Shown here in pieces: positions 15,001 through 29,836 of a DNA stretch of 64,000 bases. Source of the stretch: Balanoglossus misakiensis (Eukaryota; Animalia; Hemichordata); NCBI GenBank assembly GCA_040954595.2, contig CM082586.2:9889337-9953336 (forward strand), written 5' to 3'. The notes beneath the pieces were generated by a model that had not been told where the DNA came from, searched no databases, and saw nothing but the letters and a program-made list of their open reading frames with translations. Both the position numbers and the translations under genes were made by a program. Position 1 is the stretch's first letter. Each line of letters begins with the position of its first letter.

Positions 15001-18000
15001 TCCATCTACAGAGTCTGGTGGAAAACTTTCTTATGCGCATAGGCCTATAACGTGTTCTGCGCCTAACAACAGAATTCGGTAAATAAACGAGGCTGTTTGG
15101 AAGCAACCATGGAAATTTTACAAAAATCCGTCGATCTATAGAGTCTGGTGGAAAACTTTCTTATGCGCATAGGCCTATAACGTGTTCTGCGCCTAACAAC
15201 AGAATTCGGTAAATAAACGAGGCTGTTTGGAAGCAACCATGGAAATTTTACAACTATCCGTCGATCTACAGAGTCTAGTGGAAAACGTTATAATGCGCAT
15301 AGGCCTATCTATGTGTTATGCGCATCACAACAGAAATCGGTAAATAAACGAGGCTGTATTTGGAAGCAACCATGAACATTTTACAACTATCCGTCGATCT
15401 ACAGAGTCTAGTGGAAAACGTTCTTATGCGCATAGGCCTATATATGTGTTCTGCGCATCACAACAGAATTCGGTAAACAAACGAGGTTGTTTGGAAGCAA
15501 CCATGGAAATTTTACAACTATCCGTCGATCTACAGAGTCTAGTGGAAAAATGTCGTATGCGCATAGGCCTATCATGTGTTCTGCGCCTCAAAACAGAATT
15601 CCGTAAATAAACAAGGCTGTTTGCAAGCAAACATGGAAATTTTACAGCTATCCGTCGATCTACAGAGTCTAGTGGAAAACGTTCTTTTGCGCATAGGCCT
15701 ATATATATGTTATGCGCATCACAACAGAAATCGGTAAATAAACGAGGCTGTATTTGGAAGCAACCATGGACATTTTACAACTATCCGTCGATCTACAGAG
15801 TCCTGTGGAAAACTTTCTAATGCGCATAGGCCTATTACGTGTTCTGCGCCTCACAACAGAATTCCGTAAATAAACGAGGCTGTTTGGAAGCAACCATGGA
15901 AATTTTACAACTATCCGTCGATCTACGGAGTCTGGTGGAAAACTTTCTTATGCGCATAGGCCTATTACGTGTTCTGCGTCTCACAACAGAATTCGGTAAA
16001 TAAACGAGGCTGTTTGGAAGCAACCATGGAAATTTTAGAACTATCTCTCGATCTACAGAGTCTAGTGGAAAACGTTCTTATGCGCATAGGCCTATATATG
16101 TGTTCTGCGCATCACAACAGAATTCGTAAACAAACGAGGTTGTTTGGAAGCAACCATGGAAATTTTACAACTATCCGTCGATCTACAGAGTCTAGTGGAA
16201 AAATGTCTTATGCGCATTGGCCTATCATGTGTTCTGCGCCTCACAACAGAAATCAGTAAATAAACGAGGCTGTTTGGAAGCAACCATGGAAATTTTACAA
16301 CTATCCGTCGATCTACAGAGTCTAGTGGAAACGTTCTTATGCGCATAGGCCTATATATGTGTTCTGCGCATCACAACAGAATTTTGTAAACAAACGAGGC
16401 TGTGTTTGGTAGCAACCATGGACATTTTAGAACTATCTCTCGATCTACAGAGTCTATAGTGGAAAACTTTCTTATGCACATATGCCTATCTATGTGTTCT
16501 GCGCCTCACAACAGAATTCGGTAAATAAACGAGGCTGTTTGGAAGCAACCATGGAAATTTTACAACTATCCGTCGATCTACAGAGTCTAGTGGAAAACGT
16601 TATTATGCGCATAGGCCTATATATGTGTTCTGCGCATCACAACAGAATTTTGTAAACAAACGAGGCTGTGTTTGGAAGCAACCATGGACATTTTAGAACT
16701 ATCTCTCGATCTACAGAGTCTATAGTGGAAAACTTTCTTATGCACATAGGCCTATCTATGTGTTCTGTGCCTTACAACAGAATTCGGTAAATAAACGAGG
16801 CTGTTTGGAAGCAACCATGGAAATTTTACAACTATCCGTCGATCTACAGAGTCTAGTGGAAAACGTTATTATGCGCATAGGCCTATATATGTGTTCTGCG
16901 CATCACAACAGAATTTTGTAAACAAACGAGGCTGTGTTTGGAAGCAACCATGGACATTTTAGAACTATCTCTCGATCTACAGAGTCTATAGTGGAAAACT
17001 TTCTTATGCACATATGCCTATCTATGTGTTCTGCGCCTCAAAACAGAATTCCGTAAATAAACGAGGCTGTTTGGAAGCAAACATGGAAATTTTAGAACTA
17101 TCTCTCGATCTACAGAGTATAGTGGAAAACGTTCATATGCGCATAGGCCTATCTATGTGTTCTGCGCATCACAACAGAATTTTGTAAACAAACCAGGCTT
17201 TGTTTGGAAGCAACCATGGACATTTTAGAACTATTCGTCGATCTACGGAGTCTAGTGGAAAACTTTCTTATGCGCATAGGCATATGTATGTGTTCTACGC
17301 ATCACAACAGAATTCGGTAAATAAACGAGGCTGTTTGGAAACAACCATGGAAATTTTAGAACTATCCGTTGATCTAAAGTTGAAAAGTTTTTTATGCGCA
17401 TAGGCCTATCTATGTGTTCTGCGCCTCACAACAGAAATCGGTAAATAAACGAGGCTGTTTGGAAGCAACCATGGAAATTTTACAACTATCTCTCGATCTA
17501 CAGAGTCTATAGTGGAAAACTTTCTTATTCACATATGCCTATCTATGTGTTCTGCGCCTCAAAACAGAATTCCGCAAATAAACGAGGCTGTTTGGAAGCA
17601 AACATGGAAGTTTTAGAACTATCTCTCGATCTACAGTGTATGGTGGAAAACGTTCATATGCGCATAGGCCTATCTATGTGTTCTGCGCATCACAACAGAA
17701 TTTTGTAAACAAACGAGGCTGTGTTTGGTAGCAACCATGGACATTTTAGAACTATCTCTCGATCTACAGAGTCTATAGTGGAAAACTTTCTTATGCACAT
17801 ATGCCTATCTATGTGTTCTGCGCCTCACAACAGAATTCGGTAAATAAACGAGGCTGTTTGGAAGCAACCATGGAAATTTTACAACTATCCGTCGATCTAC
17901 GGAGTCTGGTGGAAAACTTTCTTATGCGCATAGCCCTATATATGTGTTCTGCGCATCACAACAGAATTCGTAAACAAACGAGGTTGTTTGGAAGCAACCA

Positions 18001-21000
18001 TGGAAATTTTACAACTATCCGTCGATCTACAGAGTCTAGTGGAAAAATGTCTTATGCGCATTGGCCTATCATGTGTTCTGCGCCTCACAACAGAAATCAG
18101 TAAATAAACGAGGCTGTTTGGAAGCAACCATGGAAATTTTACAACTATCAGTCCATCTACAGAGTCTGGTGGAAAACTTTCTTATGCGCATAGGCCTATA
18201 ACGTGTTCTGCGCCTAACAACAGAATTCGGTAAATAAACGAGGCTGTTTGGAAGCAACCATGGAAATTTTACAAAAATCCGTCGATCTACAGAGTCTGGT
18301 GGAAAACTTTCTTATGCGCATAGGCCTATTACGTGTTCTGCGCCTCACAACAGAATTCCGTAAATAAACGAGGCTGTTTGGAAGCAACCATGGAAATTTT
18401 ACAACTATCCGTCGATCTACGGAGTCTGGTGGAAAACTTTCTTATGCGCATAGGCCTATTACGTGTTCTGCGTCTCACAACAGAATTCGGTAAATAAACG
18501 AGGCTGTTTGGAAGCAACCATGGAAATTTTAGAACTATCTCTCGATCTACAGAGTCTAGTGGAAAACGTTCTTATGCGCATAGGCCTATATATGTGTTCT
18601 GCGCATCACAACAGAATTCGTAAACAAACGAGGTTGTTTGGAAGCAACCATGGAAATTTTACAACTATCCGTCGATCTACAGAGTCTAGTGGAAAAATGT
18701 CTTATGCGCATTGGCCTATCATGTGTTCTGCGCCTCACAACAGAAATCAGTAAATAAACGAGGCTGTTTGGAAGCAACCATGGAAATTTTACAACTATCC
18801 GTCGATCTACAGAGTCTAGTGGAAACGTTCTTATGCGCATAGGCCTATATATGTGTTCTGCGCATCACAACAGAATTTTGTAAACAAACGAGGCTGTGTT
18901 TGGTAGCAACCATGGACATTTTAGAACTATCTCTCGATCTACAGAGTCTATAGTGGAAAACTTTCTTATGCACATATGCCTATCTATGTGTTCTGCGCCT
19001 CACAACAGAATTCGGTAAATAAACGAGGCTGTTTGGAAGCAACCATGGAAATTTTACAACTATCCGTCGATCTACAGAGTCTAGTGGAAAACGTTATTAT
19101 GCGCATAGGCCTATATATGTGTTCTGCGCATCACAACAGAATTTTGTAAACAAACGAGGCTGTGTTTGGAAGCAACCATGGACATTTTAGAACTATCTCT
19201 CGATCTACAGAGTCTATAGTGGAAAACTTTCTTATGCACATAGGCCTATCTATGTGTTCTGTGCCTTACAACAGAATTCGGTAAATAAACGAGGCTGTTT
19301 GGAAGCAACCATGGAAATTTTACAACTATCCGTCGATCTACAGAGTCTAGTGGAAAACGTTATTATGCGCATAGGCCTATATATGTGTTCTGCGCATCAC
19401 AACAGAATTTTGTAAACAAACGAGGCTGTGTTTGGAAGCAACCATGGACATTTTAGAACTATCTCTCGATCTACAGAGTCTATAGTGGAAAACTTTCTTA
19501 TGCACATATGCCTATCTATGTGTTCTGCGCCTCAAAACAGAATTCCGTAAATAAACGAGGCTGTTTGGAAGCAAACATGGAAATTTTAGAACTATCTCTC
19601 GATCTACAGAGTATAGTGGAAAACGTTCATATGCGCATAGGCCTATCTATGTGTTCTGCGCATCACAACAGAATTTTGTAAACAAACCAGGCTTTGTTTG
19701 GAAGCAACCATGGACATTTTAGAACTATTCGTCGATCTACGGAGTCTAGTGGAAAACTTTCTTATGCGCATAGGCATATGTATGTGTTCTACGCATCACA
19801 ACAGAATTCGGTAAATAAACGAGGCTGTTTGGAAACAACCATGGAAATTTTAGAACTATCCGTTGATCTAAAGTTGAAAAGTTTTTTATGCGCATAGGCC
19901 TATCTATGTGTTCTGCGCCTCACAACAGAAATCGGTAAATAAACGAGGCTGTTTGGAAGCAACCATGGAAATTTTACAACTATCTCTCGATCTACAGAGT
20001 CTATAGTGGAAAACTTTCTTATTCACATATGCCTATCTATGTGTTCTGCGCCTCAAAACAGAATTCCGCAAATAAACGAGGCTGTTTGGAAGCAAACATG
20101 GAAGTTTTAGAACTATCTCTCGATCTACAGTGTATGGTGGAAAACGTTCATATGCGCATAGGCCTATCTATGTGTTCTGCGCATCACAACAGAATTTTGT
20201 AAACAAACGAGGCTGTGTTTGGTAGCAACCATGGACATTTTAGAACTATCTCTCGATCTACAGAGTCTATAGTGGAAAACTTTCTTATGCACATATGCCT
20301 ATCTATGTGTTCTGCGCCTCACAACAGAATTCGGTAAATAAACGAGGCTGTTTGGAAGCAACCATGGAAATTTTACAACTATCCGTCGATCTACGGAGTC
20401 TGGTGGAAAACTTTCTTATGCGCATAGCCCTATATATGTGTTCTGCGCCTCACAACAGAAATCAGTAAATAAACGAGGCTGTTTGGAAGCAACCATGGAA
20501 ATTTTACAACTATCAGTCCATCTACAGAGTCTGGTGGAAAACTTTCTTATGCGCATAGGCCTATAACGTGTTCTGCGCCTAACAACAGAATTCGGTAAAT
20601 AAACGAGGCTGTTTGGAAGCAACCATGGAAATTTTACAACTATCGGTCGATCTACAGAGTCTAGTGGAAAAATGTCTTATGCGCATTGGCCTATCATGTG
20701 TTCTGCGCCTCACAACAGAAATCAGTAAATAAACGAGGCTGTTTGGAAGCAACCATAGAAATTTTACAACTATCAGTCCATCTACAGAGTCTGGTGGAAA
20801 ACTTTCTTATGCGCATAGGCCTATAACGTGTTCTGCGCCTAACAACAGAATTCGGTAAATAAACGAGGCTGTTTGGAAGCAACCATGGAAATTTTACAAA
20901 AATCCGTCGATCTACAGAGTCTGGTGGAAAACTTTCTTATGCGCATAGGCCTATAACGTGTTCTGCGCCTAACAACAGAATTCGGTAAATAAACGAGGCT

Positions 21001-24000
21001 GTTTGGAAGCAACCATGGAAATTTTACAACTATCCGTCGATCTACAGAGTCTAGTGGAAAACGTTATAATGCGCATAGGCCTATCTATGTGTTATGCGCA
21101 TCACAACAGAAATCGGTAAATAAACGAGGCTGTATTTGGAAGCAACCATGAACATTTTACAACTATCCGTCGATCTACAGAGTCTAGTGGAAAACGTTCT
21201 TATGCGCATAGGCCTATATATGTGTTCTGCGCATCACAACAGAATTCGGTAAACAAACGAGGTTGTTTGGAAGCAACCATGGAAATTTTACAACTATCCG
21301 TCGATCTACAGAGTCTAGTGGAAAAATGTCGTATGCGCATAGGCCTATCATGTGTTCTGCGCCTCAAAACAGAATTCCGTAAATAAACAAGGCTGTTTGC
21401 AAGCAAACATGGAAATTTTACAGCTATCCGTCGATCTACAGAGTCTAGTGGAAAACGTTCTTTTGCGCATAGGCCTATATATATGTTATGCGCATCACAA
21501 CAGAAATCGGTAAATAAACGAGGCTGTATTTGGAAGCAACCATGGACATTTTACAACTATCCGTCGATCTACAGAGTCCTGTGGAAAACTTTCTAATGCG
21601 CATAGGCCTATTACGTGTTCTGCGCCTCACAACAGAATTCCGTAAATAAACGAGGCTGTTTGGAAGCAAACATGGAAATTTTACAGCTATCCGTCGATCT
21701 ACAGAGTCTAGTGGAAAACGTTCTTTTGCGCATAGGCCTATATATGTGTTATGCGCATCACAACAGAAATCGGTAAATAAACGAGGCTGTATTTGGAAGC
21801 AACCGTGGACATTTTACATCTATCCGTCGATCTACAGAGTCTTGTGGAAAACTTTCTAATGCGCATAGGTCTATTACGTGTTCTGCGCCTCACAACAGAA
21901 TTCGGTAAATAAACGAGGCTGTTTGGAAGCAACCATGGAAATTTTAGAACTATCCGTCGATCTACAGAGTCTAGTGGAAAAATGTCTTATGCGCATAGGC
22001 CTATCATGTGTTCTGCGCCTCACAACAGAAATCGGTAAATAAACGAGGCAGTTTGGAAGCAACCATGGAAATTTTACAGCTATCCGTCGATCTACAGAGT
22101 CTAGTGGAAAACGTTCTTATGCGCATAGGCCTATATATGTGTTCTGCGCATCACAACAGAATTTTGTAAACAAACGAGGCTGTGTTTGGAAGCAACCATG
22201 GAAATTTTAGAACTATCTCTCGATCTACAGAGTCTATAGTGGAAAACTTTCTTATGCACATATGCCTATCTATGTGTTCTGCGCCTCAAAACAGAATTCC
22301 GTAAATAAACGAGGCTGTTTGGAAGCAAACATGGAAATTTTAGAACTATCTCTCGATCTACAGAGTATAGTGGGAAACGTTCATATGCGCATAGGCCTAT
22401 ATATGTGTTCTGCGCATCACAACAGAATTTTGTAAACAAACGAGGCTTTGTTTGGAAGCAACCATGGACATTTTAGAACTATCCGTCGATCTACAGAGTC
22501 TAGTGGAAAAATTTCTTATGCGCATGGGCCTATCATGTGTTCTGCGCCTCACAACAGAAATCGGTAAATAAACGAGGCTGTTTGGAAGCAACCATGGAAA
22601 TTTTAGAACTATCCGTCGACCTTCAGCGTCTAGTGGAAAACTTTTTTATGCGCATAGGCCTATCTATGTGTTCAGAGCCTCACAACAGAAATCGGTAAAT
22701 AAACGAGGCTGTTTGGAAACAACCATGGAAATTTTAGAACTATCCGTCGATCTACAGAGTCTAGTGGAAAACGTTCTTATGCGCATAGGCCTATATATGT
22801 GTTCTGCGCCTCACAACAGAATTCGGTAAATAAACGAGGCTGTTTGGAAGCAACCATGGAAATTTTACAACTATCCGTCGATCTACGGAGTCTGGTGGAA
22901 AACTTTCTTATGCGCATAGCCCTATATATGTGTTCTGCGCCTCACAACAGAAATCAGTAAATAAACGAGGCTGTTTGGAAGCAACCATGGAAATTTTACA
23001 ACTATCAGTCCATCTACAGAGTCTGGTGGAAAACTTTCTTATGCGCATAGGCCTATAACGTGTTCTGCGCCTAACAACAGAATTCGGTAAATAAACGAGG
23101 CTGTTTGGAAGCAACCATGGAAATTTTACAACTATCGGTCGATCTACAGAGTCTAGTGGAAAAATGTCTTATGCGCATTGGCCTATCATGTGTTCTGCGC
23201 CTCACAACAGAAATCAGTAAATAAACGAGGCTGTTTGGAAGCAACCATAGAAATTTTACAACTATCAGTCCATCTACAGAGTCTGGTGGAAAACTTTCTT
23301 ATGCGCATAGGCCTATAACGTGTTCTGCGCCTAACAACAGAATTCGGTAAATAAACGAGGCTGTTTGGAAGCAACCATGGAAATTTTACAAAAATCCGTC
23401 GATCTACAGAGTCTGGTGGAAAACTTTCTTATGCGCATAGGCCTATAACGTGTTCTGCGCCTAACAACAGAATTCGGTAAATAAACGAGGCTGTTTGGAA
23501 GCAACCATGGAAATTTTACAACTATCCGTCGATCTACAGAGTCTAGTGGAAAACGTTATAATGCGCATAGGCCTATCTATGTGTTATGCGCATCACAACA
23601 GAAATCGGTAAATAAACGAGGCTGTATTTGGAAGCAACCATGAACATTTTACAACTATCCGTCGATCTACAGAGTCTAGTGGAAAACGTTCTTATGCGCA
23701 TAGGCCTATATATGTGTTCTGCGCATCACAACAGAATTCGGTAAACAAACGAGGTTGTTTGGAAGCAACCATGGAAATTTTACAACTATCCGTCGATCTA
23801 CAGAGTCTAGTGGAAAAATGTCGTATGCGCATAGGCCTATCATGTGTTCTGCGCCTCAAAACAGAATTCCGTAAATAAACAAGGCTGTTTGCAAGCAAAC
23901 ATGGAAATTTTACAGCTATCCGTCGATCTACAGAGTCTAGTGGAAAACGTTCTTTTGCGCATAGGCCTATATATATGTTATGCGCATCACAACAGAAATC

Positions 24001-27000
24001 GGTAAATAAACGAGGCTGTATTTGGAAGCAACCATGGACATTTTACAACTATCCGTCGATCTACAGAGTCCTGTGGAAAACTTTCTAATGCGCATAGGCC
24101 TATTACGTGTTCTGCGCCTCACAACAGAATTCCGTAAATAAACGAGGCTGTTTGGAAGCAAACATGGAAATTTTACAGCTATCCGTCGATCTACAGAGTC
24201 TAGTGGAAAACGTTCTTTTGCGCATAGGCCTATATATGTGTTATGCGCATCACAACAGAAATCGGTAAATAAACGAGGCTGTATTTGGAAGCAACCGTGG
24301 ACATTTTACATCTATCCGTCGATCTACAGAGTCTTGTGGAAAACTTTCTAATGCGCATAGGTCTATTACGTGTTCTGCGCCTCACAACAGAATTCGGTAA
24401 ATAAACGAGGCTGTTTGGAAGCAACCATGGAAATTTTAGAACTATCCGTCGATCTACAGAGTCTAGTGGAAAAATGTCTTATGCGCATAGGCCTATCATG
24501 TGTTCTGCGCCTCACAACAGAAATCGGTAAATAAACGAGGCAGTTTGGAAGCAACCATGGAAATTTTACAGCTATCCGTCGATCTACAGAGTCTAGTGGA
24601 AAACGTTCTTATGCGCATAGGCCTATATATGTGTTCTGCGCATCACAACAGAATTTTGTAAACAAACGAGGCTGTGTTTGGAAGCAACCATGGAAATTTT
24701 AGAACTATCTCTCGATCTACAGAGTCTATAGTGGAAAACTTTCTTATGCACATATGCCTATCTATGTGTTCTGCGCCTCAAAACAGAATTCCGTAAATAA
24801 ACGAGGCTGTTTGGAAGCAAACATGGAAATTTTAGAACTATCTCTCGATCTACAGAGTATAGTGGGAAACGTTCATATGCGCATAGGCCTATATATGTGT
24901 TCTGCGCATCACAACAGAATTTTGTAAACAAACGAGGCTTTGTTTGGAAGCAACCATGGACATTTTAGAACTATCCGTCGATCTACAGAGTCTAGTGGAA
25001 AAATTTCTTATGCGCATGGGCCTATCATGTGTTCTGCGCCTCACAACAGAAATCGGTAAATAAACGAGGCTGTTTGGAAGCAACCATGGAAATTTTAGAA
25101 CTATCCGTCGACCTTCAGCGTCTAGTGGAAAACTTTTTTATGCGCATAGGCCTATCTATGTGTTCAGAGCCTCACAACAGAAATCGGTAAATAAACGAGG
25201 CTGTTTGGAAACAACCATGGAAATTTTAGAACTATCCGTCGATCTACAGAGTCTAGTGGAAAACGTTCTTATGCGCATAGGCCTATATATGTGTTCTGCG
25301 CATCACAACAGAATTTTGTAAACAAACGAGGCTGTGTTTGGAAGCAACCATGGAAATTTTAGAACTATCTCTCGATCTACAGAGTCTATAGTGGAAAACT
25401 TTCTTATGCACATATGCCTATCTATGTGTTCTGCGCCTCAAAACAGAATTCCGTAAATAAACGAGGCTGTTTGGAAGCAAACATGGAAATTTTAGAACTA
25501 TCTCTCGATCTACAGAGTATAGTGGGAAACGTTCATATGCGCATAGGCCTATATATGTGTTCTGCGCATCACAACAGAATTTTGTAAACAAACGAGGCTT
25601 TGTTTGGAAGCAACCATGGACATTTTAGAACTATCCGTCGATCTACAGAGTCTAGTGGAAAAATTTCTTATGCGCATGGGCCTATCATGTGTTCTGCGCC
25701 TCACAACAGAAATCGGTAAATAAACGAGGCTGTTTGGAAGCAACCATGGAAATTTTAGAACTATCCGTCGACCTTCAGCGTCTAGTGGAAAACTTTTTTA
25801 TGCGCATAGGCCTATCTATGTGTTCAGAGCCTCACAACAGAAATCGGTAAATAAACGAGGCTGTTTGGAAACAACCATGGAAATTTTAGAACTATCCGTC
25901 GATCTAAAAGGTCTAGTGGAAAACGTTCTTATGCGCATAGGCCTATCTATGTGTTCTGCGCATCACAACAGAATTTTGTAAACAAACGAGGCTGTGTTTT
26001 GAGGCAACCATGTATATTTTAGAACTATCTCTCGATCTACAGAGTCTAGTGGAAAACTTTCTTATGCGCATAGGCCTAGCTATGTGTTCTGCGCATTACA
26101 ACAGAATTTTGTAAACAAACGAGGTTGTGTTTGGAATCAACCATGGAAATTTTAGAACTATCCGTCGATCTACAGTGAAAAAGTTTCTTATGCGCATAGG
26201 CCTATCATGTGTTCTGCGCATCACTGCAGAATTTTGTAAACAAACGAGGCTGTGTTTGGAAGCAACCATGGAAATTTTAGAACTATCCGTCGATCTATAG
26301 AGTCTAGTGGAAAACGTTCTTATGCGCATAGGCCTATCTATGTGTTCTGCGCATTACAACAGAATTTGGAAATAAACGAGGCTGTGTTTGGAAGCAACCA
26401 TGGAAATTTTAGAACTATCCGTCGATCTGCAGAGTCTAGTAAAAAACTTTCTTATGCGCATAGGCCTATCACGTGTTCTGCGCCTCACAACAGAAATCGG
26501 TAAATAAACGAGGCTGTTTGGATGCAACCATGGAAATTTTAGAACTATCCGTCGATCTACAGAGTCTAGTGGAAAAGTTTCTTATGCACATAGGCCTATC
26601 TATGTGATCTGCGCATCACAGCAGAATTCGGTAAATAAACAAGGCTGTTTGAAATCAACCATGGACATTTTAGAACTATCCGTCAATCTACAGAGTCTAG
26701 TGGAAAACTTTCTTATGCGCATAGGCCTAGCTATGTGTTCTGCGCATCACAAAAGAATTTTGTAAACAAACGAGGCTGTGTTTGGAAGCAACCATGGAAA
26801 TTTTAGAACTATCTCTCGATCTACAGAGTCTATGGAAATTTTAGAACTATCCGTCGATCTACAGTGAAAAAGTTTCTTATGCGCATAGGCCTATCATGTG
26901 TTCTGCGCATCACTGCAGACTTTTGTAAACAAACGAGACTGTGTTTGGAAGCAACCTTGGAAATTTTAGAACTATCTCTCGATCTACAGAGTCTAGTGGA

Positions 27001-28214
27001 AAACTTTCTAATGCGCATAGGCCTATCACGTGTTCTGCGCCTCACAACATAATTCGGTAAATAAACGAGGCTGTTTGGAAGCAAGTATGGATATTTTAGA
27101 ACTATCCGTCGATCTACAGAGTCTAGTGGAAAAATTCTTATGCGCATAGGCCTATCATGTGTTCTGCGCATCACAACAGAATTCATTAAATAAACGAGGC
27201 TGTTTGGAAGCAACCATGGACATTTTAGAACTATCCGTCGATCTACAGAGTCTAGTGGAAAAATTTCTTATGCGCATAGGCCTATCATGTGTTCTGCGCC
27301 TCACAACAGAAATCGGTAAATTAACGAGGCTGTTTGGAAGCAACCATGGCAATTTTAGAACTATCCGTCGATCTACAGAGTCTAGTGGAAAACTTTCTTA
27401 TGCGCATAGGCCTATCACGTGTTCTGCGCCTAACAACAGAATTCGGTAAATAAACGAGGCTGTTTGGAAGCAACTATGGAAATTTTAGAACTACCCGTCG
27501 ATCTACAGAGTCTAGTGGAAAAATTTCTTATGCGCATAGTCCTATCATGTGTTCTGCGCATCACAACAGAATTCGGTAAATAAACGAGGCTGTTTGGAAG
27601 CAACCATTGAAATTTTACAACTATCCGTCGATCTACAGAGTATAGTGGAAAACTTTCTTATGCGTATAGGCCTATCATGTGTTCAGCGCCTCACAACAGA
27701 AATCGGTAAATAAACGAGGCTGTTTAGAAGCACCCATGTAAATTTTAGAACTATCCATCAATCTACAGAGTCTAGTGGAAAACGTTCTTTTGCGCATAGG
27801 CCTATCTATGTGTTCTGCGCATCACAAAATAATTTTGTAAACAAACGAGGCTGTTTGGAAGCAACCACGGAAATTTTTGAACTATCTCTCGATCTACACA
27901 GTCTAGTGGAAAAATTTCTTATGAGCATGGGCCTATCATGTGTTCTGCGCCTCACAACAGAAATCGGTAAATAAACGAGGCTGTTTGGAAGCAACCATGG
28001 AAATTTTAGAACTATCCGTCGATCTACAGAGTCTAGTGGAAAACTTTCTTATGCACATAGGCCTATCTATGTGTTATGTGCCTCACAACAGAATTCGGTA
28101 AACAAACGAGGTTGTTTGGAAGCAACCATGGGCATTTTGGAACTATCCGTCGATCCACAGAGTCTAGTGGAAAACGTTCTTATGCGCATAGGCCTATCTA
28201 TGTGTTCTGCGCAT
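1..28214. repeat. Tandem satellite array, ~130-133 bp monomer, with higher-order repeat structure; continues beyond the left edge of the window
   Basis: A monomer of the type CATGGAAATTTTACAACTATCCGTCGATCTACAGAGTCTAGTGGAAAACGTTCTTATGCGCATAGGCCTATATATGTGTTCTGCGCATCACAACAGAATTCGGTAAATAAACGAGGCTGTTTGGAAGCAAC repeats head-to-tail about 215 times. It ends abruptly at ...GTTCTGCGCAT (28214). Confidence 0.99.
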
Positions 28215-28299
28215 TTTACTTTTGCCACTCCACTCAAAGTAAGCATCGGTGTGGTGGTGTGGCAAGTAGTCTGCCCTTGTACACTAGACAAACCAGGCA

Positions 28300-28558
28300 A
28301 TAAATGAAATGTAGCGAAGAATGGAGGGGTGGGTGTGGGATGGGGTTTCCCCCTCCCATATTAGAAAATCTTGTAAAATTAAGGGCGCGAAACTGCAATT
28401 TTGTGGACTCAAAGCAAAAGTTTTGCGGCAAAAGTATGTGACCCCCTAAACGTTTAAAAAAAAAGATTACCCCCACTTTCGGACTTCAAAATTTAAGTGA
28501 CCCCCCCCCCCCTGGATTTTGCCGCCCCACCCGGCCGTAAAAACTGAATGGTCCCTTA
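28300..28558 (-). mobile_element. Fragment of a non-autonomous DNA element (possibly PIF/Harbinger-like MITE end)
   Basis: Ends in CCGGCCGTAAAAACTGAATGGTCCC-TTA after C-rich tracts. Only one terminus is visible. Confidence 0.3.
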
Positions 28559-29836
28559 CCCATATACGCGACTTCCATTAATAAATTTGAAGAATAAGAG
28601 ATCCTCTCCGTAAATAGGCCTTATTGGGGGTCAAAACTACCGAAAGAAGACCCTGCCCCAACTCCCCTTTAAACCAACTAATTCACACCGGGTTAGTTTT
28701 GTTTCTTTCATATTTGAATGAGAATTAAAATGCCGCAGGAAATTCTGCTGGCGTCCTTAGGATACGAGATCGGGAACTTTCAAAAGTTCCGCAGAATATA
28801 CCCCAAGAGGGCGCTGTTGCTGACCTTCGACCCGTTTCCTTTGACCAGTTCTGTGTCTTCGTTGTAAACACATGTGTGACACGCAGGCTAGAGAATCTGC
28901 CAGTTTTTTCTGTCGTCAACTCCAATGTCGCCTTTTCTATGGACGTTAGTTGGCCAGTGTTTGTTACACATCCAGGACGGTGTCATATTTCTCTGAAAGA
29001 ATAGCGGAAAACATGCAAAGCCAAGGAGCGAGCAAGTACCAGCTGTTTTCTGCAAGTCATGGGTTCAGGCCCCCCACACTGTCCACCATCATTATTCCTA
29101 TATACAGATTTGGCGGAGTGAGTATTGAAACATTACAGTATTTAGTGTGTTTTAAGATATCACTGATAGTTTTCACGACTTAATGTGTGGGTAGAATCAC
29201 ATTCATCGCGATAACGTTACTGTAGTCCCCTGATTCAGTCCGTAAACAAGGTAAGCTTGAGACATGGACGATCGACAATCAGTTTCCGCTGTTGATTTCG
29301 CCCTATCGCAACTTAGTAACTGGGGCCGAGTGATGCTCCATTATTTAAAGTTCATGACTATTGACACCAATTGCAAAATATCAATGTTAAGGCGTGCTTT
29401 CAGAGAATATTCAACCAGAAAACCGACAACAATTGATGACCTCATGTGACCTTTACTGGTTGAATCAGGCGACCACTGCAGTGTGATTCCAACGTTTGTG
29501 GGAAGACCACAGGGAGCTCTTCCTCCTGCTTTGCAGTGTGTGTGTGTGTTTGTTTAATATAAAAATGTGTGACAAAAATATGTATGTTTACAAATATTGT
29601 CAAGATTGTTTGTTTGTTGAGAGGTTAAGGGGAGTAACCCTTTCTGTTCAATATACCCACAAAGGTGAACAAATTTGTAAACAAACATATTTTTCACAGA
29701 GTAGTTTTATTATATCCGCATTGCATCCAGCATGATCGCAGAAAACATCACCAATAAACCAAAATTGGAGTTGATGGCTTGGCTTTATTTGGGACTATCA
29801 TTGTTTGGTTATAGTCCATGGGCCAGAGACCGACAT

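Noticed and set aside
1-28214. CRISPR-like array
   Set aside because: There are no unique spacers, the whole unit is repeated, the context is eukaryotic and no cas genes are present.
651-28307. Dozens of recurring 60-127 aa ORFs on both strands
   Set aside because: They are translations of the satellite monomer. Monomer lengths vary from 130 to 133 bp, so no frame is maintained.
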